From an uncultured Acidimicrobiia bacterium (GTDB lineage Bacteria; Actinomycetota; Acidimicrobiia; IMCC26256; JAENVU01), in contig CAWIEA010000001.1 of assembly GCA_963835005.1 (NCBI GenBank), positions 153,291-217,290 of the forward strand: a stretch of 64,000 nucleotides of DNA, in the 5' to 3' direction. Positions 28,399 to 37,551 of the stretch are shown piece after piece. Each line of letters opens with the position of its first letter. Position 1 is the first letter of the stretch. A program made the position numbers and the translations under genes. The notes under the pieces were generated by a model. The model was not told the origin of the DNA. It did not search any database and was given only the letters and a program-made list of their open reading frames with translations.

Positions 28399-28803
28399 CT
28401 AGCCGCGGCGGGCGATCTTGAGGGCGTCGAGGATCATCGGGATCTGGAAGGGGACGCGGATCCAGGCCGCGGCCTTGGACTCCAGCGGGCTGTCGCCCTC
28501 CATGCCGCCGTCGAGCGCGACCTGGAGGTTGGCGGTCCAGACGCTGAGCAGCGTCGTGACCGTCAGCCAGCCACCGAGCCGGCGGGTCCGGGGCGAGATC
28601 ATCAGCCCCGCGCACGCGAGCTCGGCGATGCCACTCGCCTTCACCCAGAACTCCTTCGAGCCCGGCGCCCAGGTCGGCACGATCTCCTCGTAGAAGCCCG
28701 GGTTCGTGAAGTGGGTGACGCCGGCGCCGCCCATCACCATGACCATCCGCCACGGCGTGGCGCGCTTCGCCGCCGCCTGCGTCGTCTCCAGCTCGTCGCT
28801 CAC
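28399..28803 (-). CDS. DoxX-like small integral membrane protein
   Basis: GTG 28803 overlaps the P450 TGA (GTGA). GGAGVTHFTNPGFYEEIVPTWAPGS ... SGIAELACAGLMISPRTRRLGGW ... VWTANLQVAL resembles DoxX-family proteins. Confidence 0.55.
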   Translation of the reverse strand: MSDELETTQAAAKRATPWRMVMVMGGAGVTHFTNPGFYEEIVPTWAPGSKEFWVKASGIAELACAGLMISPRTRRLGGWLTVTTLLSVWTANLQVALDGGMEGDSPLESKAAAWIRVPFQIPMILDALKIARRG

Positions 28804-29999
28804 GCGGCGTCGAACAGTACGGGCAACGTCGTCGGCGAGCGGAACTTCTCGCCGTGGATGTGGACGTCGTCGGCATCCCAGCGGTCCGGGTCCGGGCGCA
28901 GGTTCGGGCACCGGTCGAAGAGCTGGTTGACCGCACTCGCCATCTCCATCCGGGCCAGGTGCATCCCGAGGCACATGTGGACGCCGACACCGAACGCGAT
29001 GTGCGGCTGCGACTCGCGGAAGATGTCGAAGTCGTCACCGTCGGCCCAGCGCGTCGGGTCATGGTTCGCGGAGCCGACGTTCGTGACCATGAACGCGCCC
29101 TCCGGGATCTGCACGCCGCCGAGCTCGGTGTCGCGCGACACCTCGCGCGACGTGATGAGGAGCGGGCTCTCCCAGCGGATCGACTCCTCGATCGCCTGCG
29201 GCATGAGCGACCGATCGTTGCGCAGCGCCTCGAACTGGTCGGGGTTGGTCATCAACCCGAACAGGAAGTTGCCGGTCGCGCGGTACGTCGTCTCGGCGCC
29301 GGCGGGCAGCAGCAGGCGGAGGAACGAGAAGATCTCCTCGTCCCCGAGCTGCTCGCCGTCGAGCTCGGCCTGCACCAGCTCACTGATCAGGTCCGTCCCG
29401 GGATTGGCGCGGCGGTCGTCGACGATCGTCGCGAAGTAGTCGCGTAGCTCGGCGCTCGCGACGATGCCCTCCTCGGGGCGGGCCGCGACGTTGATCACCG
29501 CGAGTGCGCGCGGGTGGAAGTACTCGTGGTCCTCGCGCGACAGGCCGAGGATCTCGGCGATCACCTGCGCCGGGTACTGGTACGTGAACTCGGAGACCAG
29601 CTCGGCCTCGCCGCGGTCCGCGAACCCGTCGATCATCTCGTCCACCACCGGGACGACGAGATCCGCGTCCCAGTGGGCGAGCATGCGCTGGCGGAACGCC
29701 TGCGAGACGAGCGACCGCAGCCGCTTGTGCTCGGGCTCGTCCATCCCGACGAGCGGGTACGGACCCATGACCACGCTCATCAGGTCGCGGATGCTGCCGG
29801 AGCAGTACGTGACGTTGTCGCGCATGACGACCGCGTTCAGGTCGTACGTGTAGACCTCGTACATCCCGTCGGCGTTGATCTCGACGGGCGTCTCGGTCCG
29901 CTTCTGATGGAACCCCGGGTACGGGTTGCGCACGTCGCCCGCGACTCCCGTGAACTGGTCCATCGGGTCGAAGGGACGGTCGACCGCGGCAGTGGTCAT
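28800..29999 (-). CDS. Cytochrome P450
   Basis: Intact 399-aa ORF. It has the AGAETT I-helix motif, ESIRW (ExxR) and the heme loop FGVGVHMCLG. Confidence 0.9.
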   Translation of the reverse strand: MTTAAVDRPFDPMDQFTGVAGDVRNPYPGFHQKRTETPVEINADGMYEVYTYDLNAVVMRDNVTYCSGSIRDLMSVVMGPYPLVGMDEPEHKRLRSLVSQAFRQRMLAHWDADLVVPVVDEMIDGFADRGEAELVSEFTYQYPAQVIAEILGLSREDHEYFHPRALAVINVAARPEEGIVASAELRDYFATIVDDRRANPGTDLISELVQAELDGEQLGDEEIFSFLRLLLPAGAETTYRATGNFLFGLMTNPDQFEALRNDRSLMPQAIEESIRWESPLLITSREVSRDTELGGVQIPEGAFMVTNVGSANHDPTRWADGDDFDIFRESQPHIAFGVGVHMCLGMHLARMEMASAVNQLFDRCPNLRPDPDRWDADDVHIHGEKFRSPTTLPVLFDAA

Positions 30000-30018
30000 G
30001 CTCGACTCCGTTCGAAAA

Positions 30019-30034
30019 CTGACGTCCGTGTCAT
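30019..30034. promoter_or_regulatory. Operator-like palindrome CTGAC-N6-GTCA (site 6)
   Basis: Sequence is CTGACgtccgtGTCAt. It lies 20 nt upstream of the P450 start (29999) and overlaps the stop of the upstream kinase gene. Confidence 0.6.
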
Positions 30035-31402
30035 GGTACGTCGAATCGGTGGGTGGCTAGCGCGGAGAGCTCGAGGAAGCGCTCGTAGCGCGCCGACGCG
30101 GACTCGACCCACGCGGGGTCCGGGTCGACCGTCTTCCCCGCGTGCCCACCGCGAGGCCGACGTCATGCCGCCCCCCTCGAGTCCCGCCGCGCAGCGCGCC
30201 ATGAAGGCGGAGCCGAGCGCAGCACCTTCGGGCACCTCGGTGCAGACGACCGGGAGACCGGTGCAGTCCGCCAGCGCCCGGACCCATTCGTCGACGCGCG
30301 TGCCACCACCCGTCGCGACGATCCGGCGCGGCGTCACGCCGTGCGCCGCGCTCGCAGCCGCGATCGTCCGCCGCGCGACGAACCCCGACGCCTCGAACGC
30401 GGCCCGGCGCAGTGCCGGCGCGTCGTGCGTGAGGTCGAGATCGGCGAGCACGCCGCGGCGGTCGGGGTCGTGCAGCGGGACCCGTTCGCCGCGGGGGTAC
30501 GGCGCCCACACCGGGACCCGTCCGGGATCCACCCGCTCGTCCGGTCCTACCTCCCGCAGCGGCCGGGTCGCCCAGTTCACGAAGAGCCCGCCGGCGTTGC
30601 TGGGTCCACCGGCCTGGAACATCCCCGGCGCGGTGTGCGGGATGACCCAGTAGCCGTCAACCGCCTCCGAGTGCGGCGTGATCAGGTTGACGATCAGCGT
30701 CGTGCCGAGGAGGGCGAGGACGTCACCCTCGGTGTCCGCGCCGGCGACGATCTGGTCGGCGAGCGCGTCGATGCATCCCGACGCGAGGACGGGACCGTCA
30801 GGCTCGCCGCCGAGGCGACCGGCTTCCCACGCCGTCGGCACGAGGCGCGGCAGCTGCTCGACCGAGACGCCGAGCGGGCCGGCGACGTCGGGGTCCCAGC
30901 CGGTCCAGTCGAACAGCGGGAAGGCGGTCGACGCGGTCGAGGTGTCGAGGACCGCGTCGCCGCTCAGCGCATGGTTGGCGACTGCGGTCGCGGGCCAGTA
31001 GCCGGCGGCGCCGGGGCACTCGGCGACGGTCCAGCGGAGGAACTGCAGCAGCTCGCCGCTCTCGACCGGGTTGCCGCCCGCGTTCTCGGAGCGGCCCCGG
31101 CCGTCGCCGTAGAGGAGGCCTGGCGTCTGCGGCACGCCGTCACCGTCGACTGCGGTGATCGACGGCACCATCGCGGCGACGCTGACCGCGGTGGGCGCGT
31201 CGTCGAGCGCGAGTGCGTCCAGAGCCGCGAGCGGACCGTCGCGCCAGGCAATGACCGCGTCGTGCTGGAACCGATCGGCCGCAGGGATCTCGATCGCGTG
31301 CGGGATTCGCGACGACGCGACGACGCTGCCGTCGGGATCGGCGGCGATGGCCTTGACCGAGCTGGTCCCGATGTCGATGCCGACGGCGATCTCGCGCGCC
31401 AC
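30031..31402 (-). pseudogene. FGGY-family carbohydrate kinase (xylulokinase-like); two +1 frameshifts in G runs near 30173 and 30137
   Basis: GTG 31402 has a GGAGCGGAG SD. Motifs: AVGIDIGTSSVKA, GGPSNAGG, ATGGGTRVDEW. The C-terminal tail, read across three frames, is ...AGLEGG / DVGLAVGTRG / KTVDPDPAWVESASARYERFLELSALA, ending at TGA 30031. Confidence 0.75.
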
Positions 31403-31419
31403 CTCCGCTCCGTCCTCGG

Positions 31420-32212
31420 TCAGCTCGCGCTCGGGGCGAGCGCGGCGAGCACCTCGTCGTGCAGCAGGCCATTGGTCGACACCGCGCTCCCGCCGTCGGC
31501 GGTGACGTTCCCGGCCAGGTCGGTGAAGCGGCCGCCCGCCTCCTCGACGATCACGAGGAGGGGCGCGAGGTCCCACAGCGCCACGACCGGCTCCGCCCCG
31601 ATGTCGGCCGCGCCCTCGGCCACGAGGATGTGGCTCCAGAAGTCGCCGAAGCCGCGGGTCCGCCACGCGCGCTTCGCCAGCGCTTCGAACTGGTCCTGGA
31701 GGCCGAACTCCTCCCACCACTTGAAGTCGCTGTAGCAGAGCTGGGCGTCCTCGATCGCTCGCACCTGCGACACGTGGATCGGCGAGCCGTCGGCGAACGC
31801 GCCCTCGCCCCGCACTGCCCACCAGGTGTGGCCCAGCGCCGGTGCGGAGCAGACGCCGACGCGCATCACGCCGTCCTCCTCCAGCGCGAGCAGCGTCGCC
31901 CAGACGGGCACGCCGCGGACGTAGTTCTTCGTGCCGTCGATCGGATCGATGATCCAGCGCCGCGCGCCGGAGCCCGCAGTGCCGAACTCCTCGCCCAGGA
32001 CCGCGTCGCCGGGACGCGCCGCGGCCAAGCTTTCGCGGATCAGCTGCTCGGCGGCCTGGTCGGCCTCGGAGACGGGCGTGAAGTCGGGTTTCGTCTCCAC
32101 CCGGAGGTCGTCCGCACGGAAGCGACGGAGCGTGATCTCGTCGGCGCGGGCAACGAGCTCGAGGGCGAGGGTCAGGTCGGCGTCGATGCCGGGAACCTAT
32201 CCGGTGTGTCAC
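31420..32212 (-). pseudogene. Inositol monophosphatase family protein (histidinol-phosphatase HisN-like); probable +1 frameshift near 32191 in the first codons
   Basis: Motifs: [45 protein letters not shown]. The conserved N-terminus [24 protein letters not shown] is in frame but is preceded by TAG. GTG 32212 (VTHRIGS) lies one frame off. Confidence 0.7.
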
Positions 32213-32262
32213 GACGCCGGGTGGGAGGTGCGGCATGCTGGACCCGACCCCGGAGGTTCCCC

Positions 32263-32789
32263 GTGTCCCGCTCCCCTGTTGTCGCCGCCGCGCTGGCGGT
32301 GCTCGTGACGATCGGCCTCGCGGCCTGCGACGGCGGCGGCTCGAAGTCAGCCGACAAGCCGCGGAAGACCACCACCACGTCGACGTCCTCGTCGTCGACG
32401 ACGACCACGAGCTCGACGATCCCGCCGGGTGGCGGCTCGACGATCCCGACCCAGCCGAACGTGCCGACCACGATCCCGCCGGCCACCGTCGGCAACTGCG
32501 GCAACCAGACCGACGCCCTCGTCAGCGCGATCACGGGCTCGGACGCCGGTGGGCTCAAGAGCAACGCGGGCCAGTTCACGGTGCAGAAGTGCCGCATCGC
32601 GGCGTCCTCACCGATCTGGGCGGCGGCGGACATCGTGCCGAACCCGGGTGTGCAGCTCGACCGGGCGACCGTCCTGCTGCAGCGGATCGGTGCGCTGTGG
32701 ACCGTCGAGTCGGTCGGGACGTCGAACGTCGGCTGCGCAGGCGCCCGTCACGTTGCAAGGCGAGCTGCAGCTCTCGCTGCTCGGCCTGA
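32263..32789 (+). pseudogene. Secreted lipoprotein, Ser/Thr-rich linker plus small Cys-containing domain; 3' end uncertain (probably two +1 frameshifts near 32747 and 32785)
   Basis: GTG 32263 has a GGAGG SD. VVAAALAVLVTIGLAAC is a lipobox, followed by TTTTSTSSSSTTTTSS and GNCGNQTDALVSAI...VQKCRIA...NVGC. As assembled the frame runs on to 32859 as Arg-rich noise. The proposed end at TGA 32787 is inference. Confidence 0.5.
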
Positions 32790-32792
32790 CCG

Positions 32793-33789
32793 ATGTCGCG
32801 TGCGGTGGCCGCGTCGGTCGACGAGCTGCTGGCCGGCGCGACGTCTCGCACGCCGATGACCGCGCCCGATGCGAAATCGGGCGCGACGTTCGAGCGGGTC
32901 GAGATCGACGGGCAGCGCTATGTCGTCAAGCACGTCGGCTGGGAGCTCGACTGGATCGCCCGGGCGCACGGCGACCTCGGGCCGGCATCGATCCGGGTCT
33001 GGAACGCGGGCCTGCTGGATCGGCTCCCGCACGAGATCGATCACGCGTACGCCGGTGCCGCCCGGACCGAGCGCGGCGGCGCGCTGCTCCTGCACGACGT
33101 CGGTGAGCACCTTGTCCCGGCGGACGGCAGCGCAGCTGTCCGAGGCCGACCATCTCGCGTTCGTCGATGCGCTCGCCGCGCTCCACGCGACGTTCTGGAG
33201 CTGGACCGACGACGCGGGGCTGACGCCGCTCGCGAACCGCTTCCTGATGTTCAGCCCCTGGATGCTCGAGGTCGAGGAAGCACGAGGGTTCCCCGCCGCG
33301 GTCCCGGTGATCGCGCGTGACGGCTGGTTGCGCCTTCGGCAGGTCGCGCCGCAGATGAGTGCGGTCCTCCAGCCGCTCGCGCGCGACCCGTCGCCCCTTG
33401 TCGACGCGCTCGCCACGACGCCGTCGACGCTCGTGCACGGCGACGTGAAGCTCGGAAACCTGGGCCGTCGACCCGACGGGCGAGTCGTCCTGATCGACTG
33501 GGCGCTCCCGGGCCAGGGCGTCGCCGGAATGGAGATCGCCTACTACGTCGCGATCAACCGGGCCCGTGTCCCGCCGGCCTTCACCCGCGAAGCGACCATC
33601 GCCGAGTACCGGGCGGGGCTCGAGCGGCGCGGCGTCGCGACGGCACCGTGGTGGGACCGCCAGCTCGCGCTCGGGCTCCTCGGGATGATGGTGCTGCTCG
33701 GGTGGGAGAAGGCGCTCGGGCCGCCCGACGAGCTCGCCTGGTGGGAGGCCCGGGTCCTCGAAGGCGCCGAGGTGCTCGCCGACCTCTGA
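32793..33789 (+). pseudogene. Phosphotransferase (APH/choline-kinase-like) family protein; one +1 frameshift near 33131
   Basis: The N-terminus SVDELLAGATSRTPMTAPDAKSGATFERVEIDGQRYVVKHV lies in the ORF 32793 frame. It joins the ORF 32869..33789 frame (QLSEADHLAFVDALAALHATFW, LVHGDVKLGNL, VVLIDWA). Confidence 0.7.
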
Positions 33790-33794
33790 GCACA

Positions 33795-33841
33795 CTTCGG
33801 CGTCGCTCACCCGGAACTATTCCGGGTAGGCGACGCCAAAG
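33795..33841. repeat. Intergenic palindromic element (TTYGGCGTCGC subfamily)
   Basis: CTTCGGCGTCGC-TCACCCGGAActaTTCCGGGTAG-GCGACGCCAAAG. It lies between convergent genes ending at 33789 and 33848. The arms match those at 45552 and 46560. Confidence 0.8.
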
Positions 33842-33847
33842 CCGTGG

Positions 33848-35028
33848 TCAGCCGGGCATGACCTCGATGACGGTCGCGCTGCCCATGCCGCCACCGGCGC
33901 ACATGCTCGCGACGCCGATGCCGCCGCCGCGCCGCCGCAGCTCGTGCACCAGGGTGACGACCATGCGGGCGCCGGTGCACGCGATCGGGTGACCGATGCT
34001 GCAGCCGCTGCCGTTCACGTTCGTGATCTCGTGCGGGATGCCGAGGATGCGAGTGGTGGCGACGCACATCGAGGCGAAGGCCTCGTTGATCTCGAACAGG
34101 TCGACGTCCTTGACCGTCAGACCGGCACGGTCGAGCGCCTTCGGGATCGCGAGGGTCGGGGCCAGTCCGGTGTCGGCGGGCGGGACGCCGGCGGACGCCC
34201 ACGACTTCACCACGGCCATCGGCTGCAGACCGTGCGCCTCGGCGTACTCCGAGTCGGCGAGGATCGAGCGCGGCCGCGCCGTCGTTCAGACCCGACGAGT
34301 TGCCGGCGGTGATGCTGAAGCCTTCGATCTCCGGGTGCAGCGGGTTCAGCGACGCGAGCTTCTCCATCGTCGTCGTGCGCCGCGGGTGCTCGTCGACCGA
34401 GAAGATGACCGTCTCGCCGTCACGACGCTTCACCTCGAGCGGGAAGACCTCCTCGTCGAAGCGGCCCTCGTCGATCGCCTCGACCGCACGGCGGTGCGAC
34501 TCGTAGGCCCAGAAGTCCATCTCCTCGCGGGTGACGTTCGCCTTCTTGGCTGCGTTCCACGCGACGGTGATCGACATGTCGAACGCGGGCGCGTCCGGCG
34601 TCTCGGGGTGGCTCGGCGACATCCACGGCGCCATGTCGTCGGTGCCGAGGACGCGCTTCATGGACGCGGGCGACGTCGACACGGACTCGGACCCTCCGGT
34701 GATGACGACCTTGTCCATGCCGGCCCGGATGCTCGCCGCGCCGCCCTGGACCGCGGCCATGCCGGACGCGCAGTGACGGTTGAGGGCCACGCCGGGGATG
34801 TTCGTCAGCCCGAGGTCCACCGCGGCGTAGCGGGCGATGTCGCCGCCACCCTGGAGGCTCTCGCCCATCTGGGCGTCGTCGATGTCGTCGCCCGGGATGC
34901 CCGAGCGCTTGACGACCTCGCCCATGGCCTCCTTGGCCAGGTCGAAGGCCGAGACGTCGAGCAGCGTGCCCTTCCGAGCTGTGCCGATCGCGGTCCGCGT
35001 CGGCTGAGACGATGACGGCGTCACCCAT
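33848..35028 (-). pseudogene. Acetyl-CoA C-acyltransferase (thiolase II type); two +1 frameshifts near 35003 and 34263
   Basis: ATG 35028 has an AGGGAG SD and gives MGDAVIVS. The reading then runs through TRTAIGTARKG ... LNRHCASGMAAV (active-site Cys) in ORF 33807..35024. The C-terminus lies in ORF 33848..34219 (NEAFASM, NVNGSGCSIGHPIACTGARM, CAGGGMG). Confidence 0.85.
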
Positions 35029-35076
35029 GGTGCTCACTCCCTGAAGCTGTCCGGCTGATGCGGCGCCGATCGTAGC

Positions 35077-35092
35077 CTGACGCCGACGTCAG
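35077..35092. promoter_or_regulatory. Operator-like palindrome CTGAC-N6-GTCAG (site 7)
   Basis: Sequence is CTGACgccgacGTCAG. It lies 49 nt upstream of the thiolase start (35028) and overlaps the LCP gene stop. Confidence 0.6.
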
Positions 35093-36255
35093 CCTTCCCG
35101 GCAGGCCGGGGGCGGGAGCGTCGGCACCGGAGGCGGCGGGACGGTCGTGGTCGGGTCCGACCCGTTGCCGGCCGAGCCCCGCCTCCCGGCGAGGAACGCG
35201 TCCACCGCCTGCGTGGCCGCCGGCTGGTCCAGCTCGACGTGCGCGCCGTCGGCCGACGGCTTGATCGGGATCGTCATCGCCTGCAGCGAGTTCGGGTCCA
35301 TCTCGAAGACGGTCCGAACGAGGCTCAGGATCTCGCCCTTGGTCAGCTGGCTGTCGACGGTGAGCGCCGGGACGATCGCGTCGACGAGATCCACCGCGGC
35401 CGTCGGATCGTCGCCGACCTTCGCCTTGGCCCGCAGCGCGAACGAGCGGAGGAACTCCTGCTGGCGGGCGATGCGGTCGAGGTCGGCCCGGGGGCTCGCG
35501 TCCTTCCACACGGTGCCGTCGTAGATCTCGAGGTGGCGGGAACGCACCCACTGCAGCGCCCGCTCACCGTCGAGCCGCACGCATCCGGGGCCGGCCAGGT
35601 CGAGCCCGCTGTACGGGTCCCGAGCCCGGCCGGGCGACTGGACCGTGACGCCGCCGATCGCGTCGACCGCCTGCTCGAAGCCGCGGAAGTCGATCTCCAC
35701 GTAGTGGTCGACGGTGATGCCGAGCTCGATGCGAACCGCGTCGATCAGACCCTGCGGTCCGTCGTTGAACTTCGAGTTGAACAGCTGGCCGGTCGTCCCC
35801 ACCATGAGGTCACGCGGGATCCACAGCGCCTGCACCGACTCACCGTCGACGCGGAGGACGAACATCGTGTCGGACTTGGCGGGCCCGGTCTCCGCCGGGG
35901 TCCCGAAGGCATCGGTCCCGAGGTTCTCGCGACTGTCGGACCCCACCACGAGGATGTTCACGGGATCCGTGCCGATCTCGCCGCCGCCGAGGGCGGCCTT
36001 CGGAACGCCAACGGTCTTGACCTCGCCGATCCGGTCGTCGACCACGCGCTGGACCGCGAAGACCGCGATCGCGACCAGGACGGTCGCGGCGACTGCGGCA
36101 ATCAGGACGCGGCGACCGAAGGCCCGTCCGGTCCGCCGGGGTGCGGTCGGCGCGTACTGCGCCTCGAGCCGTGCACGCGCGTCGGCGCGCAGCTCGTCGG
36201 ACGGCGACGGCGCGGGTGACCACTCGCGCAGGAGGTCGAGATCGAGGTCGCTCAT
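35089..36255 (-). CDS. LCP (LytR-CpsA-Psr) family protein with cytoplasmic N-terminal tail and one TM helix
   Basis: ATG 36255 overlaps the sigma-factor TGA (ATGA). The TM helix is VLIAAVAATVLVAIAVFAV. LCP motifs are NILVVGSDSR, KSDTMFVLRV, IPRDL and EIDFRGFEQAVDAIGGV. The C-terminal tail is Pro-rich. Confidence 0.85.
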   Translation of the reverse strand: MSDLDLDLLREWSPAPSPSDELRADARARLEAQYAPTAPRRTGRAFGRRVLIAAVAATVLVAIAVFAVQRVVDDRIGEVKTVGVPKAALGGGEIGTDPVNILVVGSDSRENLGTDAFGTPAETGPAKSDTMFVLRVDGESVQALWIPRDLMVGTTGQLFNSKFNDGPQGLIDAVRIELGITVDHYVEIDFRGFEQAVDAIGGVTVQSPGRARDPYSGLDLAGPGCVRLDGERALQWVRSRHLEIYDGTVWKDASPRADLDRIARQQEFLRSFALRAKAKVGDDPTAAVDLVDAIVPALTVDSQLTKGEILSLVRTVFEMDPNSLQAMTIPIKPSADGAHVELDQPAATQAVDAFLAGRRGSAGNGSDPTTTVPPPPVPTLPPPACREG

Positions 36256-36848
36256 TCCATGCTCCTCACCGCGTCGGTGATGTCGAGAGCCGCCCGCACA
36301 CGTTGGCGCGCCCGATGGATGCGCGAGCGGACGGTGCCGACAGGCACATCGGTCGCGCTCGCGATGTCGTCGTACGAGAGCCCCGCCCATGCGAAGAGCA
36401 GGAGCGCATCGCGGTCGCGCTCGGCGAGCGCGGCGAGTGCGCCGGCGAGGCGCGGACCCATCGCCTCGGCATCGAGCCGGGGTGCGATGTCGATCGGCTC
36501 CCCCACCGGCGGCGGCTCCGACCGCGCGTAGGCCCGGAGTCGTCGCGCCTCGGCGCGCCGGTGCCGGCGGACGAGGTTGGTCGCGATCCCGTACAGCCAC
36601 GGCCGGGCGTCGTCCCGGTCGGTGTCGAAGCGCTCCCGCACGGAGAACGCCTCGACGAAGACGGTCGCGCCCACGTCGTCCGCCGGCCCCGGCCCCAACC
36701 GGCGCGCCGCGTACGTGTGGATCGCCGCGAAGTGACGCTCGAAGATCTCGGTGAAGCGGTCGGGCTCCGCGATCGACGCTGCGATCACCCGTCCGTCGTG
36801 CTCACCCCCCGAACTGCCCATCACCCAGACATTGCCCGAACCCCCCAT
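36252..36848 (-). CDS. ECF-type RNA polymerase sigma-70 family factor
   Basis: Region 2 is FERHFAAIHTYAARRLG...DDVGATVFVEAF...PWLYGIATNLV. Region 4 is LLLFAWAGLSYDDIASATDVPVGTVRSRIHRAR. The start is ATG 36848 or ATG 36821. Confidence 0.85.
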   Translation of the reverse strand: MGGSGNVWVMGSSGGEHDGRVIAASIAEPDRFTEIFERHFAAIHTYAARRLGPGPADDVGATVFVEAFSVRERFDTDRDDARPWLYGIATNLVRRHRRAEARRLRAYARSEPPPVGEPIDIAPRLDAEAMGPRLAGALAALAERDRDALLLFAWAGLSYDDIASATDVPVGTVRSRIHRARQRVRAALDITDAVRSME

Positions 36849-36865
36849 CCCGGTTCACTGCACTG

Positions 36866-36915
36866 GTTTCGGTGTCGAATTCGGTCGCTGAGGCGACGGA
36901 ATTCGACACCGAAAC
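36866..36915. repeat. Intergenic palindromic element (CTCGTTTCGGTG subfamily), near-perfect 22-bp stem
   Basis: GTTTCGGTGTCGAATTC-GGTCGCtgagGCGACG-GAATTCGACACCGAAAC. The right flank is CACCGAAACGAGCT. It lies between the PHP gene stop (36919) and the sigma start. Confidence 0.85.
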
Positions 36916-36918
36916 GAG

Positions 36919-37551
36919 CTAGCGGGCGGGGGTGACGTGGCCGGCGCGGATGGCGGCGGCGAGGTCCGAGGCGCTGCGGATCTTCCCGTCGACCTCGGTC
37001 GCGTACCGGCCGGCGAGGCCGGGGCCGTGGGCGTCGCTCGACGCGACCGTCGGCCGGTGCGTCACGGCCAGCGCGGCCGCGGTGAGCGTGTGCTCGAGCG
37101 ACGTGGTCTGCGTGCTCGCGACCTCGACCGCGTGCACCGCGTCCCACTGCGGGAGCGCGGCGACGTCCTCGGGCTTGGGCGGCACTCGACCGCCCCGGAT
37201 GGCGCGCTCCCCCGCGTACCTGCGGACGGGATGCGGGAGGACGAGTGCGGTGTCCGAACGGTCGCACTCCTCCACCAGCTCCTCGAGCTTGTACCCGAGC
37301 CAGAGCGGCTTTTCGAGCGGACCGAAGACGAGCACGTGCCCGACGTCGGTGGTGAGCTCGACCCCGGGGATGAGTGGGAAGTCGAGGAGCCGCGACGCAT
37401 CCGAGAGCTCGTCGTCGGGCCAGCGGACGTCGTGCTCGGTGATGCAGAGCGCGTCGAGCCCGTTCGCCCGAGCGCTCTCGACCAGCTCTTCGAGCGTCGT
37501 CCGCGAGCAGTTGGACCGCGGCGACGTGTGCGCGTGCAGGTCGATGCGCAT
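36919..37551 (-). CDS. PHP-domain metal-dependent phosphoesterase
   Basis: ATG 37551 overlaps the upstream TGA (TGATG). MRIDLHAHTSPRS, CITEHD and SSDAHGPG are PHP motifs. The protein is 210 aa. Confidence 0.8.
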   Translation of the reverse strand: MRIDLHAHTSPRSNCSRTTLEELVESARANGLDALCITEHDVRWPDDELSDASRLLDFPLIPGVELTTDVGHVLVFGPLEKPLWLGYKLEELVEECDRSDTALVLPHPVRRYAGERAIRGGRVPPKPEDVAALPQWDAVHAVEVASTQTTSLEHTLTAAALAVTHRPTVASSDAHGPGLAGRYATEVDGKIRSASDLAAAIRAGHVTPAR

